A stretch of 62,112 nucleotides of DNA, counting the filler, from Caldilineae bacterium (GTDB taxonomy: Bacteria > Chloroflexota > Anaerolineae > DTLA01), in assembly GCA_037446815.1 (NCBI GenBank). It is 3 parts of 3 records of this genome, joined end to end, with 100 filler letters (N's around TTAATTAATTAA, not from the genome) between each part and the next. Parts side by side here need not be neighbours in the genome. Positions count along the whole stretch, not along the records: positions 1 to 21,037 come from JBBIHX010000041.1; positions 21,138 to 42,161 come from JBBIHX010000042.1; 1 more part is not named here. The stretch is one strand, 5' to 3'. Within the stretch, counting starts at the first letter, position 1, and the number at the start of each line of letters is the position of its first letter. A program made the translations under genes and the position numbers. The notes beneath the pieces were generated by a model. That model did not search any database. It was given only the letters and a program-made list of their open reading frames with translations, and was not told where the DNA came from. This document shows, piece by piece, positions 20,398 to 31,673 of this stretch.

Positions 20398-21037
20398 ATG
20401 AGACGAGAACGGCGCTGCTTACTACCACGGTGGCTAACCCTGCGACGGTGCGCCATGCTCATCCCCGTGCTGGCGCTATCCATCTGGGTCGGTGCCAACG
20501 CCTATCTGGGCAGGCTCTCGTCCGTCCCAACCCCCTTTGTCCAGGCGTTGCCCGACACGGACACTATCCAGCGGCTACTCGTCGTCGCTCCACACTGCGA
20601 CGACGAGGTGTTAGCGGCTGGCGGCCTGATACAAGCGGTGCTCCAGCGCGGCGGCAAGGTGCGCGTTGTCATCGTTACTAACGGAGACGGGTCATTCTCG
20701 GGCACCATCGTGGAATATCGGAAACTGTATGTGAGCGCCGCCGACTACATCCGCGCGGGCTCCGCCCGACAGGAAGAGTCGCTCAACGCCCTCGCCGCGC
20801 TGGGAGTGCCGAAAGACGATGTCCTTTTCCTCAGTTACCCGGACCGTGGCACCTTGCGGCTTTGGGAGCAGTACTGGGACAATGCACGTCCCTTCCGCTC
20901 TCCCTACACGCGGGTTACCCAAAGCCCTTACCAACGCACGTACAACTCCCACGCGGTCTATTCCGGACATTCTCTTGTCTCCGACCTAGAGTCCATCCTG
21001 CAATCGTTTGACCCCGACGCCGTAGTGGCGCCCCACC
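20398..21037 (+). CDS. PIG-L family deacetylase, membrane anchored (3' end lost in gap)
   Basis: VVAPHCDDE, VTNGD, RQEE...AL..LG, LSYPD; start uncertain. Confidence 0.85.
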
Positions 21038-21137
21038 NNNNNNNNNNNNNNNNNNNNNNNNNNNNNNNNNNNNNNNNNNNNTTAATTAATTAANNNNNNN
21101 NNNNNNNNNNNNNNNNNNNNNNNNNNNNNNNNNNNNN
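21038..21137. other. Assembly gap with artificial linker
   Basis: N runs flanking TTAATTAATTAA (stops in all six frames). Confidence 0.95.
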
Positions 21138-21318
21138 GATTCTTCGCGGCTTCGCCGCTCAGAATGACAGTTGCGGGCGAGGGAGCGTGGCCTTCGGCTC
21201 AGCATGGAGAGAAACGGTATCCGCCGCCCGCGTCGTGCGTTACCAGCAGTGATACTGCGGGCCGCATGGACATGGCATGGCCGCCCGCGGCAGTCCGCGA
21301 TGATGCGAGAGCGCCGTC

Positions 21319-21469
21319 GATTCGGTTTCAAACTGTGTTGGTGAACCGTAGGCGTGCTCTCCTCGTGTGTCATTGCGAGCGAAGCGAAGCAATCGCACGC
21401 CCCGGACATTGCTTCGGGCGCTCCGCGCCCTCGCAATGACAAAACACCAACAGAATTTGGAACCGAGTC
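21319..21469. mobile_element. MITE (151 bp) with 8-bp target duplication GCGCCGTC
   Basis: GATTCGGTTTCAAACTGTGTTGGT...ACCAACAGAATTTGGAACCGAGTC; duplication at 21311-21318 and 21470-21477. Confidence 0.85.
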
Positions 21470-21484
21470 GCGCCGTCGGCGGGG

Positions 21485-21513
21485 TTGACAGATACGGGGC
21501 GGTATGCTAGAAT
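21485..21513 (+). promoter_or_regulatory. sigma70-type promoter
   Basis: TTGACA-17 bp-TAGAAT with extended TG. Confidence 0.8.
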
Positions 21514-21519
21514 TGCACC

Positions 21520-21706
21520 AGGGTTCCCAAGTAGGCATGGCTTTCGACGCGGCCTGTCCGTCTCCCGCGGCTAGGCAGATTCGTCGGCACACCATCGCAG
21601 CAGTGCGGCCCTGGTACCCCCAACGGGGGCCGTGCCAACGTGCCTTACGCGCGGAGACCAACCCTGCGGGATAGCGCGAACCAGCGGGGTTGGTTCGTTT
21701 GTATTT
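21520..21706 (+). ncRNA. Candidate structured RNA or attenuating leader
   Basis: Begins just after a consensus promoter, can fold into an irregular rod, ends in ACCAACCCTGC/GCGGGGTTGGT hairpin plus T-rich tract. Confidence 0.4.
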
Positions 21707-21774
21707 GGGGCCTTTGCCCAGACCCGGCTCCAGGGGCCAGTGAAGTGAGAGACGTCTGTTCCAAACCGAAGAAC

Positions 21775-24700
21775 ATGCACACCCCCAATGCGCGGAAAGG
21801 GCTGACCCTGGTCGCCACGATCATCGGCATGGCGGCGCTTCTGGCTGCCTGGGCGTTTCCGCTCGCCATCATGAGCAGAGCCGCCCCTTCGCAGGTCTGG
21901 GTGGACGACGATTATTCCCCTGCAACGCCGGGCTGGGGCGTTACCCACTTCGCGGCCATTCCCCCCGCGCTGGCCGCAGTCGCCGAAGGCGGCGAGATCA
22001 CTGTGGCGCCGGGCCGCTACGCCGCGCCCATCACCATCAGCAAGCGCGTAACCCTCCGCGGCGCGGGTCGCAGCGCCACCACCTTGTACGCCACGTCCGG
22101 CACCGCGCTGACGCTGGCCGCCCCCGGCATCACCGTGGACGGGGTCGGCCTCGTCAACGAGAGCGCGGCCGCAACGGGCGTTCGCATCACGGGCGACCAG
22201 TGCACCTTGCAGAACTCGCGCATCGCGGGCTTCCTCGCCGAAGGCGTCTTCGGCACCGCGTCCCAGCAGACCGTCATCCTGGCCAACGACATCGCCGACA
22301 TCCGCGGCGAGGGCGTGTACATCCAGGGCACGCGCTTCGCCACCGTGTCGTACAACCAGTTCCTCCGAGTTCAAGGCACGGCCCTGTCCTTGGAGCAGGG
22401 CACCTACTCCCTGTTGTCGTATAACGACATCAGCAGCGCCGACGCGCCCGATCAGTGGGGCATCGCCATCCTCGGCGGGTCGGAGAGCAACACGATTACC
22501 CAGAACCGCATTCACGACAACAGCCTGGCCGGGGCCATCCTCGTGGCGGGCCGCAACAACACCCTGCGCGAGAATACCATCGCGGCCAACACCGGCGACG
22601 GCATCCGCCTGGTGGGCGGGGCCAACGGCTGCACCGCGGACGGCCAGACCATCACCGGCAACGGACGCCGGGGGATCGCCCTGGTTGGCTCCCCGCTCTC
22701 GTCGGTCCAGATTGTCAACAACAAGATCATCGGCAACGGGTTCGCGCTCGGCGAGCCCGCTCTCCTCATAGAGAGCGCGACCGCCTGCACCCTGCACGGC
22801 AACCAATTCTCGGGCAACGCCAAACCCGCGCGGGACGACGGGGCCGGGAACGTCTGGTACAGCGCCGCGAGCCGCCTGGGCAACTTCTGGGACAACTACG
22901 CCGGCGCCGATGCCAACCTGGACGGCATCGGCGACACGCCCTACGCCGTGGACGGCACCGCCCGCGCTGTGGATGCCTACCCCGTGCTCCTGATGTCGCT
23001 GCGCGCCGAGCCTTCCAGCATCGGCGCCGATGCCAACGCCTACAGCCTCCTCACGGTTTCCCTCCGCGATATCCAACTCCATCCCATCAGCGGCGGGCAG
23101 GTCGTCTTCGGGACCAACGTGGGGCATTTCGTCAACGGGACGAGCATGTACACCGCCACGGTGCAGGACGGCGCGGCGTCGGCCAGACTCTACCCCGACG
23201 GCACGCCCGGCACGGCCACCGTGGTGGTCAGCGACACCTTGCGCGGGTTGAGCGTGTCGGGGCAGGTCTTCTTCGCGCCGTGCGGATACCAGACCTGGCA
23301 GGAGCCGACGGACAACCCGCTGTTCACCATCGCCAACGGCGACGCCGCCGCGCCATGGGTGCTCTTCAACCCGGCGTGGAGCACACCTTACCGCATGTGG
23401 TACTCTACCGCCTCCGGCATCGCTTACGCCGAGTCCTACGACGGGCTGGCTTGGGTCCAGAAGGGCTTGGTAACCGGCCTGAGGAACGCGCGGCAGGGGC
23501 GCGTGCTGTACGACCCCGAAGGATTCGGCGGCGGCGCGCATTTCCGCATCTGGTATCGCGACGCCAACCTCGCCTTCCTGCCGTCTGCCATCCGCTACGC
23601 CGAATCCGAGAACGGCCTCGCCTGGACCAACGACCAGGCCATCACCCAGGACCCCATCAACCCGCTGGTAACCGGCACGCCGGGGTGGAACCGCGGAACG
23701 CTAGGCCCCTCGGCGGTGCTGTACAATCCGTCGGCGGGGAACTCTGGCTCCGACCCGCGCGACTACCGATTCGTGATGCTGTACGACGCCACCGATGGCA
23801 ACACGCGCACCCTCGGCCTGGCCTATTCCGACGACGGCCTGAGGTGGACCGGCTTGAGCGCGCCGGTGCTCGTCCCAGGTCCCCCTGGCGGCTGGGACAG
23901 CGGCCATGTGGGTTTGGCCAGCGTCATCCTGGGCGGCGACGGCGTGTACCGCATGTGGTACTCCGGCGGCCAGGACTCGGTCGCGGAAGGCATCGGCTCG
24001 GCCGTGTCCACGGACCTGGTGCACTGGACGCGGCTCGGTGGCACCGCCCCTCTTTGGGCTGTGGGGCGAAAGGGAGCACCGGGCAGTTGGAATGCGGATG
24101 GGAACTTCGCTCCGGCCGTCGTGTTCAGCGCCGGCCAGTTTGAGGGCAAAGGGCCTGCCGCCTTCTACAAGATGTGGCGGCTGGGCCTGCGCGGCCAGAA
24201 TGCTTACGCCGTGGGCTACGCTCAGTTGAACCCTGCGGGCAGCCTGACCCTGGTCTCCGGCGATGGGCAGGCGGCGCAGGTCGGCGCCACCCTACCCAAT
24301 CCCCTCGTCGTCCGGGTGCGCGATGCATGCGGCAATCCCATCTCGGGCGTGCCGGTGCGGTTTGCCGTGGAGACGGCGCCCGCGGGCGCGCAGGACTACC
24401 AATTCTCCGCCCCCAGCGCCTTCACCGATTCCGACGGGTTTGCCCGAACCGCGTTCACCTTCGGCCTGCAGGTCGGGCTATACCAAATCACTGCTTCCGT
24501 CCCCGGGGCCAGCGGCTCGCCCGTGCGGTTCAATGCGACGGCCACCGGCGGCTCCCCGGCATCGGTGCGGCTGGGCGCGGACCCCACCGCTGTGGAGGTG
24601 GGCGGGCAGCGCGCCAGGCTCATCGCCATCGTAACGGACAGCAGCGCCAATCCCGCCCCCGACGGGACGGTCGTAACCTTTGAGACCGACCACGGCTCCT

Positions 24701-26043
24701 TTGACACCGGAACCCGCTACATCACGGGAACCGTCGGCGGTCAGGCGGTCGCGTATCTCCTGTCCAGCACGCAAGTGGCCACGGCGACCGTGCGCGCGCA
24801 GGTAGTGGGGGATTCCGACGCCATTCGCATCCAGTTCGTGCCAGGCCCGCCCGCGGCCATCAGCGGCGACGCCGACCCGCCGGTCGTGCCCGTGGGCGGC
24901 GAGGCCACCCAGGTGCGCGCCCGCATCACCGACCGCTTCGGCAACCTCGTCGCTGACGGCACGACGGTTACGTTCACCACAGACCTGGGGCATTTCGGCG
25001 GCTCCGCCACCATCACGGCGACCACCACTGGCGGCCAGGCATCCGCCACCCTGTACTCCGCGAACGCGGCAGGCACGGCCACCGTCGGCGTGCGATCCGG
25101 CCCGTCGGCCTATCGCGCCGTCTACGTTACCTTCGTGCCCGACGCGCCCGCAGACTTAGCCCTGTCCGCCGACCGCACTCGCATCGCCGTTGGCGGCCAG
25201 AGCGCCGAACTGGCGGCGCGGGTTACCGACCGATTCGGCAATGCGGTGTCCGATGGCACCCTGGTAACGTTCTCCACAGACCTGGGCCTGGTGAACGGCG
25301 GCACCGTTGCCGTCGCCACGACAACAGGCGGCACGGCGCGCATCCATCTCACGTCGGGCATGACCACCGGCACGGCGCACGTCCGCGCCGAATCCGGAGC
25401 AGGCGCCGACGAGATCACGGTGGAGTTTTACAACGCGCTCTCGGTGCAGAACGACCCCTGGCAACCCACTATCTGCGCGGGAAAGCCCTTGCGGTTCACC
25501 ATCACCGTGGAGAACACCGGAGACACCCTCCTGACCAACGTCCTTGTGCGCGATGTGCTCCCCAGCGGGGCCTTCTTCTCGGCCTATGGGTCCAGCCCGG
25601 GCTATCAAATCTTCTCCGACCGCGAGGTGGGATGGCGGCTGGAGTCGCTGGGCGCCCATTCCCGAGGCACGCTGTACCTGGAGGTAGTTACCGCATCGTA
25701 CCTGACGGAGGGGAGCACCATCACCAACACCGTGCGGGTGAGCGCCGCGGAAGCGCCCGAAGCGGTCGCCTATTCCACGGTGCGGGTGCAATGCGTCCAG
25801 GAGACGCCATCGCCCACACCCACGCGCACGCCGACGGCGACAGCGTCGCAGACCCCCACGCCCACGCGCACGCCAACGGCCACGCTGACGCCGTCGCCCA
25901 CCCCTACGCGCACGCCAACGGCGACAGCGTCGCTGACCCCCACGCCCACGCGCACGCCCACCGCCAATCCTGGGCCCACGGCGACGCGCGTCCCGGCCCG
26001 TTACCGGCTGGCCCTGCCCTTCATCCGCGTCGCGCGGCCCTGA
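21775..26043 (+). CDS. Large secreted protein: beta-helix (NosD-like), beta-propeller, Ig-like (Big_1) repeats, DUF11, Pro/Thr linker
   Basis: [22 protein letters not shown]; repeated YRMWY/AYSDDG..W; repeated 'TD.FGN.V.DGT.VTF.TDLG'. Confidence 0.85.
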   Translation: MHTPNARKGLTLVATIIGMAALLAAWAFPLAIMSRAAPSQVWVDDDYSPATPGWGVTHFAAIPPALAAVAEGGEITVAPGRYAAPITISKRVTLRGAGRSATTLYATSGTALTLAAPGITVDGVGLVNESAAATGVRITGDQCTLQNSRIAGFLAEGVFGTASQQTVILANDIADIRGEGVYIQGTRFATVSYNQFLRVQGTALSLEQGTYSLLSYNDISSADAPDQWGIAILGGSESNTITQNRIHDNSLAGAILVAGRNNTLRENTIAANTGDGIRLVGGANGCTADGQTITGNGRRGIALVGSPLSSVQIVNNKIIGNGFALGEPALLIESATACTLHGNQFSGNAKPARDDGAGNVWYSAASRLGNFWDNYAGADANLDGIGDTPYAVDGTARAVDAYPVLLMSLRAEPSSIGADANAYSLLTVSLRDIQLHPISGGQVVFGTNVGHFVNGTSMYTATVQDGAASARLYPDGTPGTATVVVSDTLRGLSVSGQVFFAPCGYQTWQEPTDNPLFTIANGDAAAPWVLFNPAWSTPYRMWYSTASGIAYAESYDGLAWVQKGLVTGLRNARQGRVLYDPEGFGGGAHFRIWYRDANLAFLPSAIRYAESENGLAWTNDQAITQDPINPLVTGTPGWNRGTLGPSAVLYNPSAGNSGSDPRDYRFVMLYDATDGNTRTLGLAYSDDGLRWTGLSAPVLVPGPPGGWDSGHVGLASVILGGDGVYRMWYSGGQDSVAEGIGSAVSTDLVHWTRLGGTAPLWAVGRKGAPGSWNADGNFAPAVVFSAGQFEGKGPAAFYKMWRLGLRGQNAYAVGYAQLNPAGSLTLVSGDGQAAQVGATLPNPLVVRVRDACGNPISGVPVRFAVETAPAGAQDYQFSAPSAFTDSDGFARTAFTFGLQVGLYQITASVPGASGSPVRFNATATGGSPASVRLGADPTAVEVGGQRARLIAIVTDSSANPAPDGTVVTFETDHGSFDTGTRYITGTVGGQAVAYLLSSTQVATATVRAQVVGDSDAIRIQFVPGPPAAISGDADPPVVPVGGEATQVRARITDRFGNLVADGTTVTFTTDLGHFGGSATITATTTGGQASATLYSANAAGTATVGVRSGPSAYRAVYVTFVPDAPADLALSADRTRIAVGGQSAELAARVTDRFGNAVSDGTLVTFSTDLGLVNGGTVAVATTTGGTARIHLTSGMTTGTAHVRAESGAGADEITVEFYNALSVQNDPWQPTICAGKPLRFTITVENTGDTLLTNVLVRDVLPSGAFFSAYGSSPGYQIFSDREVGWRLESLGAHSRGTLYLEVVTASYLTEGSTITNTVRVSAAEAPEAVAYSTVRVQCVQETPSPTPTRTPTATASQTPTPTRTPTATLTPSPTPTRTPTATASLTPTPTRTPTANPGPTATRVPARYRLALPFIRVARP

Positions 26044-26044
26044 C

Positions 26045-28993
26045 CTACACGAAATCCACCGGATCCACGTCCACGCGCCATCGCGGGTCGTAGGCCAGAT
26101 TCGCCAGCAACGGATAGGGGTCGTCGGTGCGGATGATGATGTGCCAGCGGAACTCCCCGCGCAATCGCGGCAGGAAGCACGGCGCGGGGCCGACGATGTC
26201 CACCCACGGCAACCCCAGCCGCCGCACGCGGTCGTCCAGGTACTCTCGCATGCGCGCGCCCTCCTCGCGGCATCGGCGCAGGCTGGTGTCCACGTAAATC
26301 AGCCGCGCCATGCGGGAGAAGGGCGGGTAGCCATGTTCACGGCGGAAGGCCATCTCGTGCTCGTAGAAGGCGGCGTAGTCGTGGCGGCTGGCCGCCTGGA
26401 TGCAGGGCTGCTGCGGGGTGTAGGTCTGGATAATCACGCGCCCGCCCAGGACGCTGCGACCGGCGCGCCCGGCGACCTGCGCCAGGAGTTGGAACGTCCG
26501 CTCGGCGGCGCGGAAGTCGGGCAGGTACAGCGCCGTGTCGGCGCTAATCACACCCACCAGCGTAACACGGGGCAAATCCAGCCCTTTGGCGATCATCTGC
26601 GTGCCGATGAGGATATCGGCGCGGCCACGGATGAAGTGCTCCAACAGTTCGTCGTAGGCTCGTGGCTGGCGGACGGCGTCGCTGTCCCACCGCATGATGC
26701 GGGCGGCGGGGAACATCTCCTTGACCACCTCTTCCACCTTCTGCGTGCCGACGCCCAGGTAGCGAATGCGGGCGCTGCCGCATGCCGGGCACGTCGTCGG
26801 GGCAGGCTCGCGGTGATTGCAGTGATGGCATATCAAGGCCCTGGCCGCGCTGTGGTACGTCAGCGGCAATTCGCACCGCCGGCACTGGACGACGTACCCG
26901 CACTCGCGGCAAATCACGAAGGAAGCCGCGCCGCGACGATTCAGGAACAGGATCGCCTGCTGCCCCGCGCCCAGCGTCTCGCGCAGCGCGGCCTGGAGGG
27001 CGCGGCTGAAGATGCTCCGATTCCCCTCCAGCAACTCGCGGCGCAGGTCCACCACCTCCACCCGCGGCAGGTCGCTGAAGGCGACAGCCTCCGCTCCCCC
27101 GGCCATCGGGCGCGGGGCAGGCAATCCTGCTCGCGCCTGCTCCATGCGCCGGCGGCTCCACAGGATGCGGCGGGGGAGTTCCAGCAGGCGATAGCGGCCC
27201 TGTTTCGCCAGGGTGTACGTAACCACATCCGGAGTCGCGCTGCCCAGAATCACCGTCGCGCCGGTCAGTTGCCCCAGGCGCACCGCCACATCGCGGGCGT
27301 GGTAGCGCGGCGTATGGTCGCTCTTGTACGAGGGCTCGTGCTCCTCGTCCAGGACAATCAGCCCCAGGCGCCGCACCGGCGCAAACAGCGCCGACCGCGC
27401 GCCCACAACCACCGGGTACTTGCCCGCCCGCACGCCCTGCCACTGGTCAAACCGCTCGCCCTCCGAAAGCCCGCTGTGCAGCACCGTAACCTTGCCTGGA
27501 AAGCGCGAGGCGAACCGCTGCACCGTCTGGGGCGTGAGCGAGATTTCGGGCACGAGGACGATGGCCTGCTTGCCGGCGCGCAGCGTCTCCTCCAGCGCCC
27601 GCAGGTAGATTTCGGTCTTGCCGCTCCCCGTAACGCCGTGGAGGAGCACGACTTCGCCTTGCGGGGATTGCATCGCTTCGCGGATGCTTTGCCAGGCGCG
27701 CTCCTGCTCCGGCGTCAGCGTGGGGGGCGGCTCCGGCGGGAACAGGCGGTCTGCCAGGGGCGAGCGCTCCATCTCCTTGTAGCCTATCTGCACAAGGCCC
27801 TGTTCCTCCAGGGCGCGGATGTCGTTCAAATCGCAGCCGGTCTCCGCGTAAATCCACGACAGCCACAGCGGCTCCGACGCCTGTTGGATCACGGACAGGA
27901 TGGCGCGGTACTTGGCCACGCCCTGAATCTCCTGCACGCGCTCCAGCGCCTTGTCGCGCGGCACGGCCAGGTAGATGCGCGCCTCTTCCGTTACGCGGCG
28001 CACCCATCCCTTGTCGGCCAGCGTGCGAACGACGGCGGCGGAGGCTCCGGTTTCCCGCATCACGGTCTCCTGCTCGGCCACGCCCCCTTTGCCCCGCAAG
28101 AATGCGAGGATGTCGGCGTGGGCCGCGCGGGTAACCTGGGCCGCGTCCGCCGAGCGATCCAGCACCAGCAGCGTTCGCCGAGGCTGCAACACAACCCACC
28201 CCTCCGCTGCCAATCGCTGCGCGACCGCGGGCGACGCATCCGCCTGCGCGCAGGCCGCATCCAGCGACCAGACCGGCTCCTGGCTCTGGGCCAGCACGGC
28301 CAGGAGGCGCGACGCAGGGGTGGACTTGCCCAGGCGCGGCAATGCCGACGCGATCTGCGCCTCGCTCGCCGTCAGGCGCACGTACCGTTCCGTGCGGGGC
28401 TGCGCCTTTGGCGGGGCCAGTTGCCGCCCCCGCGCCACCAGCCCCCGACGCTCCAGCGCCTTGACATCACGGCGCAAATCCGTTCCCGCGAAGCGGCGGC
28501 GGAGCAGTTGCCATCGGCGGGGACTGCGCCGCGCCAGGTAATCCAGCAGCGCTTTCTGGCTAGCCGACAGGTCGTCGGGCCACGGGGGGCTTGCCTTCAG
28601 GTGGACGATGGTCTCCAGCCGCTGGCTCATCCCAGGGGGCAGCATGAGCCGCAGGGCGTCGGCGAGGGGAGACACGTAGAAATCGCTAATCCAGCGGGCC
28701 AGTGCGATGTGGGCAGGCGAGAGCGCGGGCTCCGACTCCACAATGCCGTCCAGTTCGCGCACGTTCTGCACCGGCGCCGAGTCGGAGAACCCCAGGATCA
28801 CCCCCTGCACCCGGTGCGGCCCGAAGGGAACCCACACCATCTGCCCCGCCTTGACCACGGGGGCCAGGTGGGGCGGGATGCGGTAATGGAACACGCCCTG
28901 CGCCGAGGGGGCAAACACCTCGGGCACGGCGGCGTCGGCTGCGCGCGTCCGACGCAACGCCTGGTTGACCGCAACTTCTGCGAATTCCGGCAT
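26045..28993 (-). CDS. priA: Primosomal protein N'
   Basis: HGVTGSGKTEIY, DEEHE, GSATP, Cys-rich zinc motifs, QVAGRAGR, VDVDP. Confidence 0.95.
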   Translation of the reverse strand: MPEFAEVAVNQALRRTRAADAAVPEVFAPSAQGVFHYRIPPHLAPVVKAGQMVWVPFGPHRVQGVILGFSDSAPVQNVRELDGIVESEPALSPAHIALARWISDFYVSPLADALRLMLPPGMSQRLETIVHLKASPPWPDDLSASQKALLDYLARRSPRRWQLLRRRFAGTDLRRDVKALERRGLVARGRQLAPPKAQPRTERYVRLTASEAQIASALPRLGKSTPASRLLAVLAQSQEPVWSLDAACAQADASPAVAQRLAAEGWVVLQPRRTLLVLDRSADAAQVTRAAHADILAFLRGKGGVAEQETVMRETGASAAVVRTLADKGWVRRVTEEARIYLAVPRDKALERVQEIQGVAKYRAILSVIQQASEPLWLSWIYAETGCDLNDIRALEEQGLVQIGYKEMERSPLADRLFPPEPPPTLTPEQERAWQSIREAMQSPQGEVVLLHGVTGSGKTEIYLRALEETLRAGKQAIVLVPEISLTPQTVQRFASRFPGKVTVLHSGLSEGERFDQWQGVRAGKYPVVVGARSALFAPVRRLGLIVLDEEHEPSYKSDHTPRYHARDVAVRLGQLTGATVILGSATPDVVTYTLAKQGRYRLLELPRRILWSRRRMEQARAGLPAPRPMAGGAEAVAFSDLPRVEVVDLRRELLEGNRSIFSRALQAALRETLGAGQQAILFLNRRGAASFVICRECGYVVQCRRCELPLTYHSAARALICHHCNHREPAPTTCPACGSARIRYLGVGTQKVEEVVKEMFPAARIMRWDSDAVRQPRAYDELLEHFIRGRADILIGTQMIAKGLDLPRVTLVGVISADTALYLPDFRAAERTFQLLAQVAGRAGRSVLGGRVIIQTYTPQQPCIQAASRHDYAAFYEHEMAFRREHGYPPFSRMARLIYVDTSLRRCREEGARMREYLDDRVRRLGLPWVDIVGPAPCFLPRLRGEFRWHIIIRTDDPYPLLANLAYDPRWRVDVDPVDFV

Positions 28994-29031
28994 TCCTGCT
29001 CCGTGCGAGGCCGAACTATCCACACCCTGCG

Positions 29032-29856
29032 CTATGCTGCGAAGATCGCGGCTGCCATGTATCCCACCACGCCGCTGTAGTCGCCGGTTACATCGCCCGA
29101 TGTGGCGTACTTCAGCACGCGGGCTTGCGTCGCGCCCAGGGCTTTCGCCGCGAGGAGCGTCGCCACCACTGGCCCGCCGCCGCACGCCTCCGTCGCCCCC
29201 GATGCCAGGTCGCGCGCGAGACCCTCGGGGTCAAAGGCGCTCACCTTGTCCACGACGATGCGGTCCAGCCGCTGGGCCTGGGGTTGGCTGTGGAAATGCG
29301 ACAGGTCGGTGCTGGCCACCAGCAGCGCGTTGCGGCCGTCCAGCGCCTTGGCCAAACCGCTCGCCAGGACCTTGCACGTGTCCCAATCCTGCGATCCCAT
29401 CATGACGGGCAGCAAGCCGAATTCGCCCGCCAGCAGGTGTTGCAAGAACGGCAACTGGATTTCCAGCGAGTGCTCGTTGTCCTGGCCCAGGTACTGGAGC
29501 CGAATCTCCTTGTCCAGGGCTTGCTGCGCCCCGCGATCCACACGCACGCGGCCCAGCGGCGTTTCGTAGAAGTCGGCGCTTGTGGTCGCCACCTCGCCCA
29601 CCCACATGCGGTGCACCGGCGACACGATGGCGACGAGGTCGTAGGTGCGCCCGCGCACAAGGGCGTAGGCATGGGCGGCCACGCCGCCCGAATAGATGTA
29701 CCCGGCATGGGGCGCGATGAGGGCAACAAGGCGACCGGGGATCTCCACGGGCGGCACCTTCTCCACGAACCCGTCTATCATGCGCCTCAATTGCGGCGCC
29801 GAGCCGGGGTACCACGTGCCCGCGATGACCGAATGACGCACGGTTTCGCCTGCCAT
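29032..29856 (-). CDS. AmmeMemoRadiSam system protein B (MEMO1 family)
   Basis: AGTWYP, APHAGYIYSG, EHSLEIQLPFLQ, STDLSH, EACG, TSGDVTG. Confidence 0.92.
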   Translation of the reverse strand: MAGETVRHSVIAGTWYPGSAPQLRRMIDGFVEKVPPVEIPGRLVALIAPHAGYIYSGGVAAHAYALVRGRTYDLVAIVSPVHRMWVGEVATTSADFYETPLGRVRVDRGAQQALDKEIRLQYLGQDNEHSLEIQLPFLQHLLAGEFGLLPVMMGSQDWDTCKVLASGLAKALDGRNALLVASTDLSHFHSQPQAQRLDRIVVDKVSAFDPEGLARDLASGATEACGGGPVVATLLAAKALGATQARVLKYATSGDVTGDYSGVVGYMAAAIFAA

Positions 29857-29898
29857 ATCTCCCTCCTTACAAATCCCACAATCCGCGCTACAGTCCAC

Positions 29899-31032
29899 CT
29901 AACGGCGCTGGCTCAACTCATCCAGAAGGCGTTGCGCCTCCTTGCGTTCCGCACTGGGGCCGACGAGGGACAGGTACACTTGCAGATGGCGCGCCGCGTC
30001 CTGATACTGTCCCAGGCGCACGTAGGCCAGGGCCAGGTTCCATTGCGCCTTGTCCCAATCCTGGCGAAGGGCCACGGCCTTCTCAAATGAGCGCGCGGCG
30101 GCCTCGTATTCGCCCTGCGAGAACTGGACATACCCCAGCATGAAGTGGGCCTCCGCCGAAGACGGTCGCGCCTGCGCCGCCTGCGCAAAATTGGCCCGTG
30201 CCCCGTCCAGATCGCCCGCATCCAGGCGCTGGACGCCCCACTCCATGCGCACGGCAAAGGAATCCCTGCGCACGCGCACCGCAACCCCCGCGCCCACAAC
30301 AAGCGCCACGATGATGGGCAAGGTCAGCAGCACCCGGCGGCGACGGGCGCGGGCATCCACAATTCCTACCGGAACCCCGTCCCAATCGCGGCGGATGGCG
30401 TAGTCGGGGCAGAGCGCCCACCCTAGCGCCACGCCCGCGACCAGGCCCCCGATGTGCCCGTGATTGTCCACGCCCTGGTACAGGAACCCAAAGGCCAGGT
30501 TGTAGGCCGCCACCAGAACGATATTGACCAACTGCCGCCGCCCGACCCGCCCCAGCAGGTTGCGGTAGCGGGCGAAGAAGTATCCCAGCGCGCCTACCAG
30601 CCCGAAGATGGCCCCCGAAGCCCCCGCCGACAGGTGATCGTTGAACGCGAAACTGGCCAAGACGCCGGTCGCTCCGGCCAGCAGATAGATGGCCGTAAAC
30701 GGCGCACGGCCAAACAGTCGCTCCACCTCCGTGCCCAGAGCGTACAGCGCATACGAATTGAACGCCAGATGCAACAGCCCGATGTGCACGAAGATGGGCG
30801 TGATGAACCGCCAATACTCGCCCGCGGCGATGCGCCCGTTCACCTTCGCGCCGAACCGCACCAGAACGTCGGTGCTCTCGGAGCCGCCGGCCAGCGTCAT
30901 CGCCACGAATACCAGCAGATTGGCCGCGAGAATGAGCCACACGACGACGGGCCTGGTCGTGGGCAGCGGCAGGGAAACTTTGCGCGGAGGGCTTGGCGCG
31001 GGCGCTGCCGAGTCGTCGGTCGGGGGCAACAT
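29899..31032 (-). CDS. Rhomboid intramembrane protease with C-terminal TPRs
   Basis: WRFITPIFVH..LLHLAFN, GASG, HIGG; TPR tail. Confidence 0.9.
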   Translation of the reverse strand: MLPPTDDSAAPAPSPPRKVSLPLPTTRPVVVWLILAANLLVFVAMTLAGGSESTDVLVRFGAKVNGRIAAGEYWRFITPIFVHIGLLHLAFNSYALYALGTEVERLFGRAPFTAIYLLAGATGVLASFAFNDHLSAGASGAIFGLVGALGYFFARYRNLLGRVGRRQLVNIVLVAAYNLAFGFLYQGVDNHGHIGGLVAGVALGWALCPDYAIRRDWDGVPVGIVDARARRRRVLLTLPIIVALVVGAGVAVRVRRDSFAVRMEWGVQRLDAGDLDGARANFAQAAQARPSSAEAHFMLGYVQFSQGEYEAAARSFEKAVALRQDWDKAQWNLALAYVRLGQYQDAARHLQVYLSLVGPSAERKEAQRLLDELSQRR

Positions 31033-31040
31033 GGCAATCC

Positions 31041-31673
31041 TCACAGGTGCGCGCGTCGCGGACGCGTCCGGCATTTCTCCGCCGTGATGATGGCGGCGAT
31101 GGTGCGCACGGCGTCGTCCAGGTGGCAGTCCGAATTGATCACCACGTAGTCAAACTCGGGCAGCCGCTTCATCTCCTCGCGCGCGGTCTCCATGCGCTTG
31201 CGCAGTTGCTCCGCGTCCTCCGTCTTGCGCGTCCGCAGGCGCTGGAACAACTCTTCTTCCGACGCCGCCGTGAGGAAAATGGTAACGGCGTCGGGAATCA
31301 GTCGGCGGACGGTGGCCGCGCCCTGCACGTCCAGGCGCAGGATGACGTCCTTGCCGCTCGCCAGCGCCTCGCGCACATGGGCCTTGGGAATTCCCTTGTA
31401 CTGCCCGTATACCACGGCGTGCTCCAGCAACTCGTCGTTGCGAATCATCTCCTCAAAGTCGGCGGCGGTTACAAAGTGGTAGTCGCGGCCGTCCACCTCG
31501 TTCTCGCGTCGTGGGCGGCTGGTGGCCGTAACCACGAAATGAAACGGGTAGCCCAGTTCCTCCATGCGGCGCACGACCGTGTCCTTGCCCACGCCCGAGG
31601 GGCCGGAGATGACCACCACCAGCGGCGGCGCGGACGGCGCAAGCGCCCTGTTGGGGGCAGGATGGATGCTCAC
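31041..31673 (-). CDS. gmk: Guanylate kinase
   Basis: SGPSGVGKD, TSRPRRENEVDGRDYHF, LDVQGA. Confidence 0.95.
   Translation of the reverse strand: MSIHPAPNRALAPSAPPLVVVISGPSGVGKDTVVRRMEELGYPFHFVVTATSRPRRENEVDGRDYHFVTAADFEEMIRNDELLEHAVVYGQYKGIPKAHVREALASGKDVILRLDVQGAATVRRLIPDAVTIFLTAASEEELFQRLRTRKTEDAEQLRKRMETAREEMKRLPEFDYVVINSDCHLDDAVRTIAAIITAEKCRTRPRRAHL

Noticed and set aside
21082..21093. TTAATTAATTAA palindrome inside N runs (also at 42206-42217)
   Set aside because: Artificial contig-joining linker, not biology.
21536..21553. ATGGCTTTCGACGCGG resembles the tmRNA 5' motif
   Set aside because: No matching T-arm/acceptor 3' end or tag reading frame nearby.
25800..25965. Tandem nucleotide repeats
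   Set aside because: They encode the ([13 protein letters not shown])n linker of the large secreted protein.
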